64,000 nucleotides of DNA. It comes from an uncultured Gammaproteobacteria bacterium. Lineage in GTDB: Bacteria > Patescibacteriota > Microgenomatia > PFEM01 > DATLAM01. Location of the stretch: NCBI GenBank assembly GCA_964566925.1, contig CAZMIZ010000003.1, forward strand, positions 30,792 to 94,791, given 5' to 3'. A program made the position numbers and the translations under genes. The notes under the pieces are model-generated. The model was not told the DNA's origin. It did not search any database and saw only the letters and a program-made list of their open reading frames with translations. Shown here piece by piece: positions 46,258 through 54,906 of this stretch (positions within the stretch are counted from its first letter, which is position 1; every line of letters begins with the position of its first letter).

Positions 46258-46560
46258 TTATTGACCTAAAGCCACGGGAATCTGAGGAGTTAAATGTAAA
46301 ACTTGAGTGGCCCTCTCTAGGCCCAGTTTGGCTGCCTCTGAAGAAACCCGAGAAAGCGAACCCATTTTACTAATTTCCTCTCTCAGTAAAGTATTTTTTT
46401 GAGAGAGGTTATTCGTCTTCACTTCAAGCGCTTTAACCTTTTCTCCGGCCGTGGCCAGGCGATGGGAAACGATCAGTTGGGTAAGGAAAAGAAAAAAGAT
46501 AAGGGTAAAAATCGACCCCAGCAATTTTCTTGATCTCGATTTAGTTTGAGTTGACTTCAT
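46258..46560 (-). CDS. ftsL: FtsL-like cell division protein (likely start ATG 46560)
   Basis: TM then coiled coil, AAKLGL; between rsmH and ftsI. Confidence 0.65.
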   Translation of the reverse strand: MKSTQTKSRSRKLLGSIFTLIFFLFLTQLIVSHRLATAGEKVKALEVKTNNLSQKNTLLREEISKMGSLSRVSSEAAKLGLERATQVLHLTPQIPVALGQ

Positions 46561-46561
46561 T

Positions 46562-47482
46562 TTAAAGTTTTTCTCCTGCCCGCAGACAAGCACTTCTGCT
46601 CAAAGGATTATCTTTTATTTCTTCGGCTGTTGGCCGAACCGGTTTTTTGGTCAGAATGAGCCACTCTTCTTTCTCGGCTTTGGTTTTCAAAAAATTCTTG
46701 GCCAATCTATCTTCTCCCGAATGAAAGCTAATGATCACCAAACGTCCCCCTGATTTTAAAAGTTCACTGGCGGGCGGCAAGGCCGTTTTTAAATTTTCAA
46801 GCTCGCTATTAACCGCGATTCGTAAAGCCTGAAAAACCTGAGTCGCTGGATGGATTTTTTTAAATCTTTTTCTTTTTTGGTAAACCTCAGTGACCAAATC
46901 TGCCAGCTGGCTCGTTCTGGTAATCGGCTTCAGATGACGGGCGCTGACAACAGCATGAGCAATTGGCCTAGCCAGCTGTTCATCAGCCATTTTTTTAAAA
47001 AGCTCATCTAGCTCTCCTTCGCTCAGGCTATTAATTAAATCAGCGGCGGTGACCCCTAAACAAAGATCCAGCCGCATATCTAGGGGCCCATCAACCTGGA
47101 AGGAAAGCCCGCGTTGAGCATCGGCCAGTTGAAAACTGGCCACTCCCAGGTCAAAGAGAACCCCGGCGATGTTTTCAAAGTGATACTCTTTGGCAATCCC
47201 TTTTAAATCAACAAAATTGCCTTGAACTACCTGCCATGATGAAGCGCTTGGAGAAGCCTGAACCGATTGGTTCAGACTAGAGCAGACTGATCTCAAGCGC
47301 CTCTTCGCGTAAGCCACTGCCTTTGGATCCTGGTCAATTCCTAAAACGCTTCCCCCTCGTCTTAAAATCGCTTCAGCGTGTCCCCCCTCCCCAACAGTGG
47401 CATCAAGGTACTTTTCTCCCTTTTCAATTTGTAAAAACTCTAAAACTTCTTTTAAAAGAACTGGCTTATGACGCTTTTCCAT
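46562..47482 (-). CDS. rsmH: 16S rRNA m4C1402 methyltransferase
   Basis: HKPVLL, DATVGEGGH, DLGV, PLDMR, FQALRIAVN, SFHSGED. Confidence 0.97.
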   Translation of the reverse strand: MEKRHKPVLLKEVLEFLQIEKGEKYLDATVGEGGHAEAILRRGGSVLGIDQDPKAVAYAKRRLRSVCSSLNQSVQASPSASSWQVVQGNFVDLKGIAKEYHFENIAGVLFDLGVASFQLADAQRGLSFQVDGPLDMRLDLCLGVTAADLINSLSEGELDELFKKMADEQLARPIAHAVVSARHLKPITRTSQLADLVTEVYQKRKRFKKIHPATQVFQALRIAVNSELENLKTALPPASELLKSGGRLVIISFHSGEDRLAKNFLKTKAEKEEWLILTKKPVRPTAEEIKDNPLSRSACLRAGEKL

Positions 47483-47594
47483 TGATGGCTTTCAGCCGAT
47501 ATTCTTTTTCCTCTCTTCCGTTTTTCTTGACTGCTGTTTGCTTAAGGATTTTTTCTAGCTTCTCTCTCATCTCTTCGCCATTAAGACGGACCAC
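47466..47594 (-). CDS. unlisted small basic protein (42 aa)
   Basis: AAGGAGG SD 5 nt before GTG; fills the mraZ-rsmH gap; stop overlaps rsmH start. Confidence 0.55.
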   Translation of the reverse strand: MVRLNGEEMREKLEKILKQTAVKKNGREEKEYRLKAINGKAS

Positions 47595-47606
47595 GATTGC
47601 CTCCTT

Positions 47607-48038
47607 TTAAATTCCTAGTTCGGTCAATCTTTCGGCAATTGATTCACTCTGACTTTCAATCTTTTTAAGATAATGATTAAATTGTTTTTTGCCCCAAATT
47701 TCAATTCGATCTAGGGCGCCGGCAACGATTATCTTTTTTTCAATTTGAGCCATTTTTCGTAATCTTTCCGGAATTAAAATTCTGCCTTGACGATCCAACT
47801 CAACATCAAAAGCGCCAAAAGTTAAAAGTCGAGCAAAAGCCCGGGCATCTTTCCTGGTCAAAGGGGCGGCCGCGAGCTTTTTGGCTAAAATCTCCCATTT
47901 CCTTTTAGAAAAAAGGAATAAACAGCCGTCAAGTCCCTCAGTAAGAACACCTCCGGTAGCCAACTCTTTCCGAAACTTTTTCGGGATCGAGAGCCTCCCT
48001 TTAGCTTCAAGATGGTGTTCATAATGGCCGAGAAACAT
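47607..48038 (-). CDS. mraZ: transcriptional regulator MraZ
   Basis: MFLGHY, KGRLSIP, GLDGCL, DRQGRILIP, IEIW. Confidence 0.97.
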   Translation of the reverse strand: MFLGHYEHHLEAKGRLSIPKKFRKELATGGVLTEGLDGCLFLFSKRKWEILAKKLAAAPLTRKDARAFARLLTFGAFDVELDRQGRILIPERLRKMAQIEKKIIVAGALDRIEIWGKKQFNHYLKKIESQSESIAERLTELGI

Positions 48039-48060
48039 TTGTCCTATAATTTTCTTTTCT

Positions 48061-48114
48061 TACCACTTCTTACCACTTTATACCATTTTGAAATACTTTT
48101 ATACCTCTTGTCAA
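48061..48114 (-). promoter_or_regulatory. mraZ promoter with three MraZ-box-like repeats
   Basis: (A/G)TGGTA x3 at 10-nt period (48061-48086) downstream of TTGACA (48109-48114). Confidence 0.75.
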
Positions 48115-48147
48115 GCCCCAAAACCAGAACAAAGTTCGGTTTGGGGC
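48115..48147. repeat. intergenic inverted repeat
   Basis: GCCCCAAAACC-AGAAC-AAA-GTTC-GGTTTGGGGC. Confidence 0.55.
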
Positions 48148-48276
48148 GCAGACCCCTCCAAAATCGCTCTTCGAGCCGTATTCGAATAGAATTAAAAAGG
48201 CGAGAAGTAAGATTGGTGGGGTCAAGAGGCAATTTTCATGAAACAAATAAGAGAGAGCGAGAAAAACTATCCGAAG

Positions 48277-49071
48277 CTATTCAGGAGCAACAACGATAAA
48301 GGTCGCCAGCTTGGCTACTTCAGCCGAGACAGTGGTCCCTTTAATTATCAAACCTTCAGTCTCTTTTTGCCAGGCCGTGCCTGTCCAACTTAAAAGCTCA
48401 ACTTCTTCGGCTTCTTCTGTCAAAGCCAGATTTACTTCTCCGCTTTTGATCGTCTCCTGACCAGAAGTGAAAAAGCCGTAGGGTCCACCGATAACTTTCC
48501 CTTCCACCTCATCTGGTAAACCCACGGTCGGCATCGTTAGATAAAAATCGCTGGTGGCCAGCTTGCCGCTTAAAGAAAGATCATTGTCAATTGAAGTTAA
48601 CTCGCTTTCTCCTTGCTGAAGATGAAACTCAATGATAAATTTTCTTACCCCTTCATCGCTCCGAAAACGCAAAGTGAGTGTTCCCTCAGTGACCCCCTCG
48701 TCGTAGCGATAGTGACCTCTTGATTCGGTTCCCAAAAGAATTTTCTTAGTGTAACTCGTTTCTCCTTCAAGGTCAACGGCATTAGTGCTACCTTGAGTCA
48801 CTCCACTGGCAGTATCGTAAACCAGCTCATATTCAACCGAGTCCCCATGTCTGATCCTGGTGATTTCTAAAGTCAACCAATGACCGTCCTGGCTGGGAGT
48901 GAGGGTAACATAAGGGCGTTCTTCAAGGGGAGTTTCAATTAATTTTCCTTCAGGGGTGGGTGTGGGAGTGGCCGAACCGCCTTGGCCTTTGCCTCTTAAA
49001 TACCAAAATCCCCCGCCTAAAAGAGCCAAAACAGCAACGACCACCAGAATGATTGTTAACGGCTTTTTCAT
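48277..49071 (-). CDS. membrane-anchored hypothetical protein
   Basis: N-terminal TM, TPTPTP linker, acidic beta-rich domain. Confidence 0.75.
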   Translation of the reverse strand: MKKPLTIILVVVAVLALLGGGFWYLRGKGQGGSATPTPTPEGKLIETPLEERPYVTLTPSQDGHWLTLEITRIRHGDSVEYELVYDTASGVTQGSTNAVDLEGETSYTKKILLGTESRGHYRYDEGVTEGTLTLRFRSDEGVRKFIIEFHLQQGESELTSIDNDLSLSGKLATSDFYLTMPTVGLPDEVEGKVIGGPYGFFTSGQETIKSGEVNLALTEEAEEVELLSWTGTAWQKETEGLIIKGTTVSAEVAKLATFIVVAPE

Positions 49072-50402
49072 TGGTTTAGTTTATTCTGAAAAGAATTTTT
49101 TAATTTGTCAACCTTCAATCTGGTTTGTTTCATTGAGTCCCTGTCTCGAATCGTGACCGTATCGTCCTTTAAAGTCTGATAGTCGATAGTTAAACACCAA
49201 GGGGTCCCAATTTCGTCTTGGCGCCGGTAGCGTTTACCAATATTTCCAATGTCATCCCAGGTGGAAGCAAAATAAGGTTTAAGGGTTTCATAAACTTTTC
49301 TGGCCTTTTTCACTAACTCTGGTTTGTTGGCCAAAAGGGGGAAAACGGCTATTTTATAAGGCGCCAGTAATGGATTGAGTGATAAAACTACTCGAACACC
49401 ATCCTTACCCTGTCCCGTGTTCTGCGCAGCAGAATTTACGGGAGCCTTTTCCTCATGATAAGCATCAATAATCAAAGCCAAAAGCATCCGCTCAACTCCT
49501 AAAGAGGGTTCCACCACATAAGGATAAAACTTCTTTCCTTTTTCGTCTTGGAAATGTAAATCCTTGCCTAAAAACTTTGAATGATTTTTAAGATCGAAAT
49601 CGGTTCGATTGGCAATTCCTTCTAGCTCGGCCCAACCAAAGGGGTATTGGTATTCGATATCCACCGTCCGCTTGGAATAATGGGCTAAAGATTTTTTGGG
49701 ATGTTCAAAATAGTGTAACTTTTTCTGGCTAAGGCCTAATTCCAGATGCCATTTCAGCCGTTCTTTCAACCAATATTCAAACCATTTCTCATCAGTTCCC
49801 GGCCTAACAAAATACTCTAGTTCCATCATGTTAAACTCTCGATCCCGGAAGATAAAATTGCCGGTCGTGATTTCGTTGCGGAAACCCTTACCAATCTGGG
49901 CAATCCCAAAAGGAAGTTTGGGTTGAACAGAGTCCACGACATTGGCAAAATTAATAAAAATTCCTTGACAGGTTTCCGGCCGGAGATAAGCCTTGTTGGC
50001 CGTCTCTTTAGCTGGACCAACAAAGGTTTCAAACATTAAGTTAAATTGCTTGACTTGAGCTAATTCCCCACCACATTCAGGACAGCGGTTGCTCTTAAGA
50101 TGATCAGCCCGAAAGCGCCGATGGCATTTTTTACATTCCCTTAAGGGGTCGGTGAAAGAAAGAGTGTGACCGGAAGCCTCCCAGACCCGAGGGTTATGAA
50201 TAATGGTTGAATCCAAGCCAAAAACTTCATCCCGGTGGCTAACGATCGTCTTCCACCAATGCGCTTTGATATTTTTCACTAGTTCCACCCCTAGCGGGCC
50301 AAAATCCCAAAGCCCACCGATTCCTCCGTAAATTTCAGAGGAAGGAAAAATAAAACCCCTTCTTTTACAGAGACTAACCACTTTTTCCATTAGATTAGCC
50401 AT
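49068..50402 (-). CDS. glyS: glycine--tRNA ligase, alpha2 (eukaryote-like) type (likely start ATG 50402)
   Basis: CKRRGF, YLRPETCQG, FRNEI, ELEGIANR, EPSLGVER, YRRQDEIGTP. Confidence 0.96.
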   Translation of the reverse strand: MANLMEKVVSLCKRRGFIFPSSEIYGGIGGLWDFGPLGVELVKNIKAHWWKTIVSHRDEVFGLDSTIIHNPRVWEASGHTLSFTDPLRECKKCHRRFRADHLKSNRCPECGGELAQVKQFNLMFETFVGPAKETANKAYLRPETCQGIFINFANVVDSVQPKLPFGIAQIGKGFRNEITTGNFIFRDREFNMMELEYFVRPGTDEKWFEYWLKERLKWHLELGLSQKKLHYFEHPKKSLAHYSKRTVDIEYQYPFGWAELEGIANRTDFDLKNHSKFLGKDLHFQDEKGKKFYPYVVEPSLGVERMLLALIIDAYHEEKAPVNSAAQNTGQGKDGVRVVLSLNPLLAPYKIAVFPLLANKPELVKKARKVYETLKPYFASTWDDIGNIGKRYRRQDEIGTPWCLTIDYQTLKDDTVTIRDRDSMKQTRLKVDKLKNSFQNKLNQ

Positions 50403-50503
50403 ACTCTTAATATCCTTCGGACCCCTCATTGGTCTCGATATTTTTCGTTTCACTCTAAATATAACCCATCCACGCTCAGCAAGTCAAACCAGAGAGAAAT
50501 AAA

Positions 50504-51049
50504 CTAACTAAGTCGGCGGAGAATCTTAGGAGACTTGATCTTGGCTTCAATAATCGTCTCAATATAGTTTTTAAGGCTCTCTGAACGATTCTGAAGCGCC
50601 TCAGGCACGCCGAAACCTAATTCATTAAGGAGCTGTTCTTCAAACCCCCTGACCAGCTCTAAAAGACGCTCTTGGCCAATCTCGGCCAGAGAATCTTTTA
50701 AAAGCTCAAAAACGGCTCGGTTTTCCTGGCCTTCTGGGGTCAATCTATCCACTAACTCGCAAAAATAATAGGCCACCCCCACTTTCTTCAAATCCTGGCG
50801 CCAATTTTTATAGGAGTTTAAAACCTGGGCTTCAGAAAGAAGATCAAAATTCCTGCCTCGAGATAAGAAAAGAGCGACATGATTAAAAACTTCAACATTC
50901 CCCCCTCTTCGGCTGGTTATTTTACGCACCCCTTTGGCAATGGCTTTAATTTTTCCGTAGTGTTTAGTGAAGATGGTGAGGATCCGATCCGCTTCACCAA
51001 TATTAATTCTTTTGAGGATAACGCCTTCGGTTCGATAGGTTTTCCCCAT
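50504..51049 (-). CDS. recO: DNA repair protein RecO (short form)
   Basis: EGVILK, GEADRILTIFT, GKIKAIAKGVR. Confidence 0.9.
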   Translation of the reverse strand: MGKTYRTEGVILKRINIGEADRILTIFTKHYGKIKAIAKGVRKITSRRGGNVEVFNHVALFLSRGRNFDLLSEAQVLNSYKNWRQDLKKVGVAYYFCELVDRLTPEGQENRAVFELLKDSLAEIGQERLLELVRGFEEQLLNELGFGVPEALQNRSESLKNYIETIIEAKIKSPKILRRLS

Positions 51050-51050
51050 C

Positions 51051-53036
51051 CTAAATTCTAAACCGGAGCTCTTTGTCTGTTTTCAGTTCAAAGCTCTCTT
51101 CTTGGCCATCAAGGACCACCTGGTACTCATAGCCATAAGTTCCTGGCTGTTTTTGGATAAGAAGTTTATATTCTGAGCCTGACTCTACTTGGAAAGGCAA
51201 CTTATACTTAAAAACTAGCTGGGTTTTCCCTAGCGGCCGTAAGGCCGTGTTGGAGGTTAGGCCATAAAAAGCCTCAAAAACGGTCTTACCCAGCTCCTCA
51301 TAGGTTTCGACCTCCACTTCTGAGCCTTGGGATTCAATCAACTCGCTGCCCTGGGGAACGTAAACTCTGACCCAATCTCGATAAAGTCCGTTAAGGCAGA
51401 GTTCGCCACTTTCCAGGTTACAATCCGAAGCCGGTTCAGGATTTTTGTAGTCAATGGTGATCGTTTTGATTACCTCTCCATTAGAACCAATCTCAATTTT
51501 TTGTTCCACCGTCTCGCGGATATACATGTTCGATTTTGCCCCAGCAAAATTAGTATCGTTAATATGAAGATAGTCACCATCAAAATCTTTAAGATGACCA
51601 GAGGCATTTAAGGCCTCCATTCCCTCCTGAATATCTTCTTCAAAAAAGTAGAAAAGGAGATGTTTCTCCTGAATCGCTGAGAGGGCAACATTAAAGAATT
51701 CCGGCCATTTCTTTCGCGGTGAACCCATGATGTTTAAGAGAATTGAGTGCATTAACGGCCCAATAATTCCCTTTCGATCCTCTCTTAAAGTGCCCACCGG
51801 CTTGTCGGCATAACGCTCAAGTTCATAGAAAACCTGAGGGCAATTACAGCGAGGATCCTCTTCGGCCGAGAAATTGCCAAACTCGGGAACACCAATCGGC
51901 CCCAAAACCTTTATTAGTTCTACCAAAAATTGGGTATCGACAGCAATAATCGCGTCGGCTTCAATCGATCCCGAGGTTAATTGATAGTTTTCCCAAAAAG
52001 TATCCATAGAAACCGTAAAATCAGGCGAAAGGTTCATATCCCGAAGGTACCAATAAGGAACATTAGGCAGATATTTAAGAATCGCTTCTGGCGCCTTAAT
52101 CCGTTTAGAAAAACGGGCGTCAAGAGCATAGATATCATGAGAAGAAACTAAATTAAACTTACCGTTATGAACCGAAAGAATCGCGTAAGCAGTCATAAAA
52201 CCACCGGTCGGTCGAAGTTCGGCATCGTTTTGAAAAAGGAAGAAATATTTTTTCTCGTCAGGAACGCCTAAAAGCGGCCGAAGATAACTAACCACTGGCT
52301 TAATCTCGCTAGCAAGTTGGGCCGAACTGTCAATCATCTTCACCGCCGCAACAATCTTCTCTCGAATTTTTTTACCAAAAAGCGTCTCTGGATAGCGATC
52401 GGGGTTGATCTGATCAATCTCTTCTCTGGCAAGATCCAGTTTTTCACTAATCTGGTCAAGGCTAGGCTGAAGTTTATCTAAAGTATCTAAGGCCAACATT
52501 AACCGCTCTTCGGTGGTCATTTCTTCAGGTTTTTTTACCTCTCCCTCCCCTTCTCCTTCCAAGCCAAGAATGTCAGCATAAGGCTGAAGCGCTTCGAGGG
52601 CGATATCACCGGCCTCTAGGAGATATTCACCACCACCGATAAGATGCTGGCCGTCTTGATAAAAACCTCCCAGGAAGGGGATTGGTTTCAACCAAATTAA
52701 TTTATGGTAATCAGCTTTTACCTTTTCCAGTCCCGCCTTAGTGGTGGCCAGTCTTTCTACTGACTGATTAAAATTCTGAGACTGAATCCCTTCGGCGATC
52801 CCTTTCGCCTCTTGAGTAAGTTGGTTAACATCGTTTTTAATTTGGATTAAGGGTATTAGCCCAAAAAGAACGCCAAAAATCAAAAGGACACCCAAGACGC
52901 CCCCAACAACCAAAAGCTTCTTTTTGCTAAATTTTGGCCGCCAACTCAGCTTTTGTTTAAAACGTTCTTTTAAAGAAAGAACAGGAGTCTCGGTTTCTTT
53001 AGATAATTCGATTTTCTGGTCTAGTGGATCAGCCAT
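51051..53036 (-). CDS. DUF4012 domain membrane-anchored protein (likely start ATG 53036)
   Basis: FQNDAELRPTGGF, RDMNLSPDF, GAKSN. Confidence 0.85.
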   Translation of the reverse strand: MADPLDQKIELSKETETPVLSLKERFKQKLSWRPKFSKKKLLVVGGVLGVLLIFGVLFGLIPLIQIKNDVNQLTQEAKGIAEGIQSQNFNQSVERLATTKAGLEKVKADYHKLIWLKPIPFLGGFYQDGQHLIGGGEYLLEAGDIALEALQPYADILGLEGEGEGEVKKPEEMTTEERLMLALDTLDKLQPSLDQISEKLDLAREEIDQINPDRYPETLFGKKIREKIVAAVKMIDSSAQLASEIKPVVSYLRPLLGVPDEKKYFFLFQNDAELRPTGGFMTAYAILSVHNGKFNLVSSHDIYALDARFSKRIKAPEAILKYLPNVPYWYLRDMNLSPDFTVSMDTFWENYQLTSGSIEADAIIAVDTQFLVELIKVLGPIGVPEFGNFSAEEDPRCNCPQVFYELERYADKPVGTLREDRKGIIGPLMHSILLNIMGSPRKKWPEFFNVALSAIQEKHLLFYFFEEDIQEGMEALNASGHLKDFDGDYLHINDTNFAGAKSNMYIRETVEQKIEIGSNGEVIKTITIDYKNPEPASDCNLESGELCLNGLYRDWVRVYVPQGSELIESQGSEVEVETYEELGKTVFEAFYGLTSNTALRPLGKTQLVFKYKLPFQVESGSEYKLLIQKQPGTYGYEYQVVLDGQEESFELKTDKELRFRI

Positions 53037-53118
53037 TTTGAATCCTCTCAAACGAGATCGTCTTCATTCGTGGTTGCACTACTCCTGCCCTTAGCAGGAG
53101 CGCCTGGCAACCGATAAA

Positions 53119-53757
53119 TTAAAGCGCTCCCTTCCCTGAAAGCATCACCCAAGGTGTTTTGAAAATAATGGTTAAATCATGAAGGATTGAGCGCCTTCTT
53201 ACATAGTCTACATCCATTTTGACTCTCTTGTCAAAATTAATTTCACTCCTTCCAGTGACTTGCCAATAGCCGGTAATGCCTGGCTTAGCCAGAAGAAGTT
53301 CTTTGACATACCGACGCGTCTTCGGGTATTTCTTTTGTTGCTCTTTTAATTCATCAGGATAATAAGCGCGGGGGCCGACAACACTCATTTCCCCCTTGAG
53401 GACATTAAAAACCTGAGGTAATTCATCTAAGGAAAACCGACGCAAAAAGGTGCCCACTCTAGTTACCCGCGGGTCATCTTTAAGTTTATAGCTGTTTTTT
53501 TTGTATTGCTCGTAGAGGCGGCGAAAGTGGGGATCGGTTCTTAGAAGACGATGGGCGTCGGCAATCATCGAGCGAAACTTATACATACGAAAGCCTTTTT
53601 TATCTTTACCCACCCGCCTGGGAATTTCGGCAAAAACCGGACCCGGCGAATCGAGCTTAATCAGGATAGGAATGAACAAAAGGATAGGAGAGAAAACAAT
53701 AATCAAAACTATTGCTAGCAGAATGTCAATCAGTCTTTTTAGGACGTCATATAACAT
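53119..53757 (-). CDS. bacterial sugar transferase (polyprenyl-phosphate phosphoglycosyltransferase)
   Basis: KRLID, YKFRSM, DPRVT, SLDELPQ, MSVVGPR, KPGITGYWQV. Confidence 0.95.
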   Translation of the reverse strand: MLYDVLKRLIDILLAIVLIIVFSPILLFIPILIKLDSPGPVFAEIPRRVGKDKKGFRMYKFRSMIADAHRLLRTDPHFRRLYEQYKKNSYKLKDDPRVTRVGTFLRRFSLDELPQVFNVLKGEMSVVGPRAYYPDELKEQQKKYPKTRRYVKELLLAKPGITGYWQVTGRSEINFDKRVKMDVDYVRRRSILHDLTIIFKTPWVMLSGKGAL

Positions 53758-53787
53758 TTTGGGCAGTCAAGATTATAGCACACGCTC

Positions 53788-54906
53788 TCAAAGATATCCG
53801 TTCTTCCCGAGTTTCTTAATCTTTTGGACCAGCTTTTTAACTTCTTCTGCTTTCTCTTTTGGACAAATCAAAAGGGCGTCTTTAGTGTCTATGATTACCA
53901 TTCCCTCAACGTCCACCGCCGCAATCAGTTGATCGTCAAAATGAATCAAACTATTTCTGGTATTAATACCGATAAACTCTCCTCTTTTCCCAAATTGGAT
54001 AACCACATTTCCGTCTTTGTCTTTTTTAGATTCGTCATAAACTACCTTCCAATCTCCAATATCAACCCAGCCAAATTTCCCTTCCACCATTAAGAAATTC
54101 TTTGCCCTTTCGGAAACAGCATAATCAATGGCAATTCCCGTCACTTGTTGATAAACCTTTTGGATCGTTGCCTTTTCATCACTTCGACCAACAGCTGCTT
54201 CTATTCTCTCTAGCCCTTTCCCGATTTCTGGTTCATGTTTTCTAAGGGCTTCAAGAATCGTGTCCGCTCGCCAAACATATTCATTGGCATTCCAAAAATA
54301 ATGACCACTTTCAGTAAACTTTTTGGCTGTTGTCAAATCCGGTTTTTCAGTAAAAGACTCAACCTTGTAAATCGGCATTTTGTCTATTCTTTTAATTACC
54401 TTCTTAGCCTTGATGTGCCCCATTCCGGTATGGGGATAGTCTGGTTTAATCCCAACGGCCACCAACCAATCGCCATCATAGGCAACTTGACTGGCTACCA
54501 AAAGAGTCTTTTGATAGAGGCGTAAATTCTGGATGGGGTGATCAGCACTCTCGTTGAGAATGACCGCTTCTGGGTCAATCTTTTTTATATAAACGGCTCC
54601 TAAACCATGGGCAATGGCCGTATTGCGACGCATTGGTTCAACGATAATATTTTTCTTGGGAATCTTGGGAACCTGCTTCTGAACAATTCGGCCGTAATCA
54701 GCAGTGGTGGTCACCACGAAAATTCTATCCCAAGAGATAAACTCTCCAAACCGCTTGGCGGTTAATTGAAAAATGCTTTCCTTGCCTGTTAATCTGGCAA
54801 ACTGTTTTGGAAATTTATTTCTAGAACGAGGCCAGAGACGAGTTCCTCCTCCACCACAGAGAATCAAGGCAAACAAATGTTTTTTTACTGCCTCCATTTT
54901 CTCCAT
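53788..54906 (-). CDS. manC: mannose-1-phosphate guanylyltransferase
   Basis: GGGGTRLWPRSR..PKQF, EPMRRNTA, FTEKP, IDYAVSE, WVDIGDW. Confidence 0.9.
   Translation of the reverse strand: MEKMEAVKKHLFALILCGGGGTRLWPRSRNKFPKQFARLTGKESIFQLTAKRFGEFISWDRIFVVTTTADYGRIVQKQVPKIPKKNIIVEPMRRNTAIAHGLGAVYIKKIDPEAVILNESADHPIQNLRLYQKTLLVASQVAYDGDWLVAVGIKPDYPHTGMGHIKAKKVIKRIDKMPIYKVESFTEKPDLTTAKKFTESGHYFWNANEYVWRADTILEALRKHEPEIGKGLERIEAAVGRSDEKATIQKVYQQVTGIAIDYAVSERAKNFLMVEGKFGWVDIGDWKVVYDESKKDKDGNVVIQFGKRGEFIGINTRNSLIHFDDQLIAAVDVEGMVIIDTKDALLICPKEKAEEVKKLVQKIKKLGKNGYL

Noticed and set aside
48012-48299. ORFs 48012..48299 (+) and 48044..48232 (-)
   Set aside because: They cross the mraZ promoter, operator boxes and an inverted repeat; likely non-coding
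50504-51049. recO as a pseudogene
   Set aside because: Intact frame with clean start and stop; a compact RecO is plausible in a reduced genome
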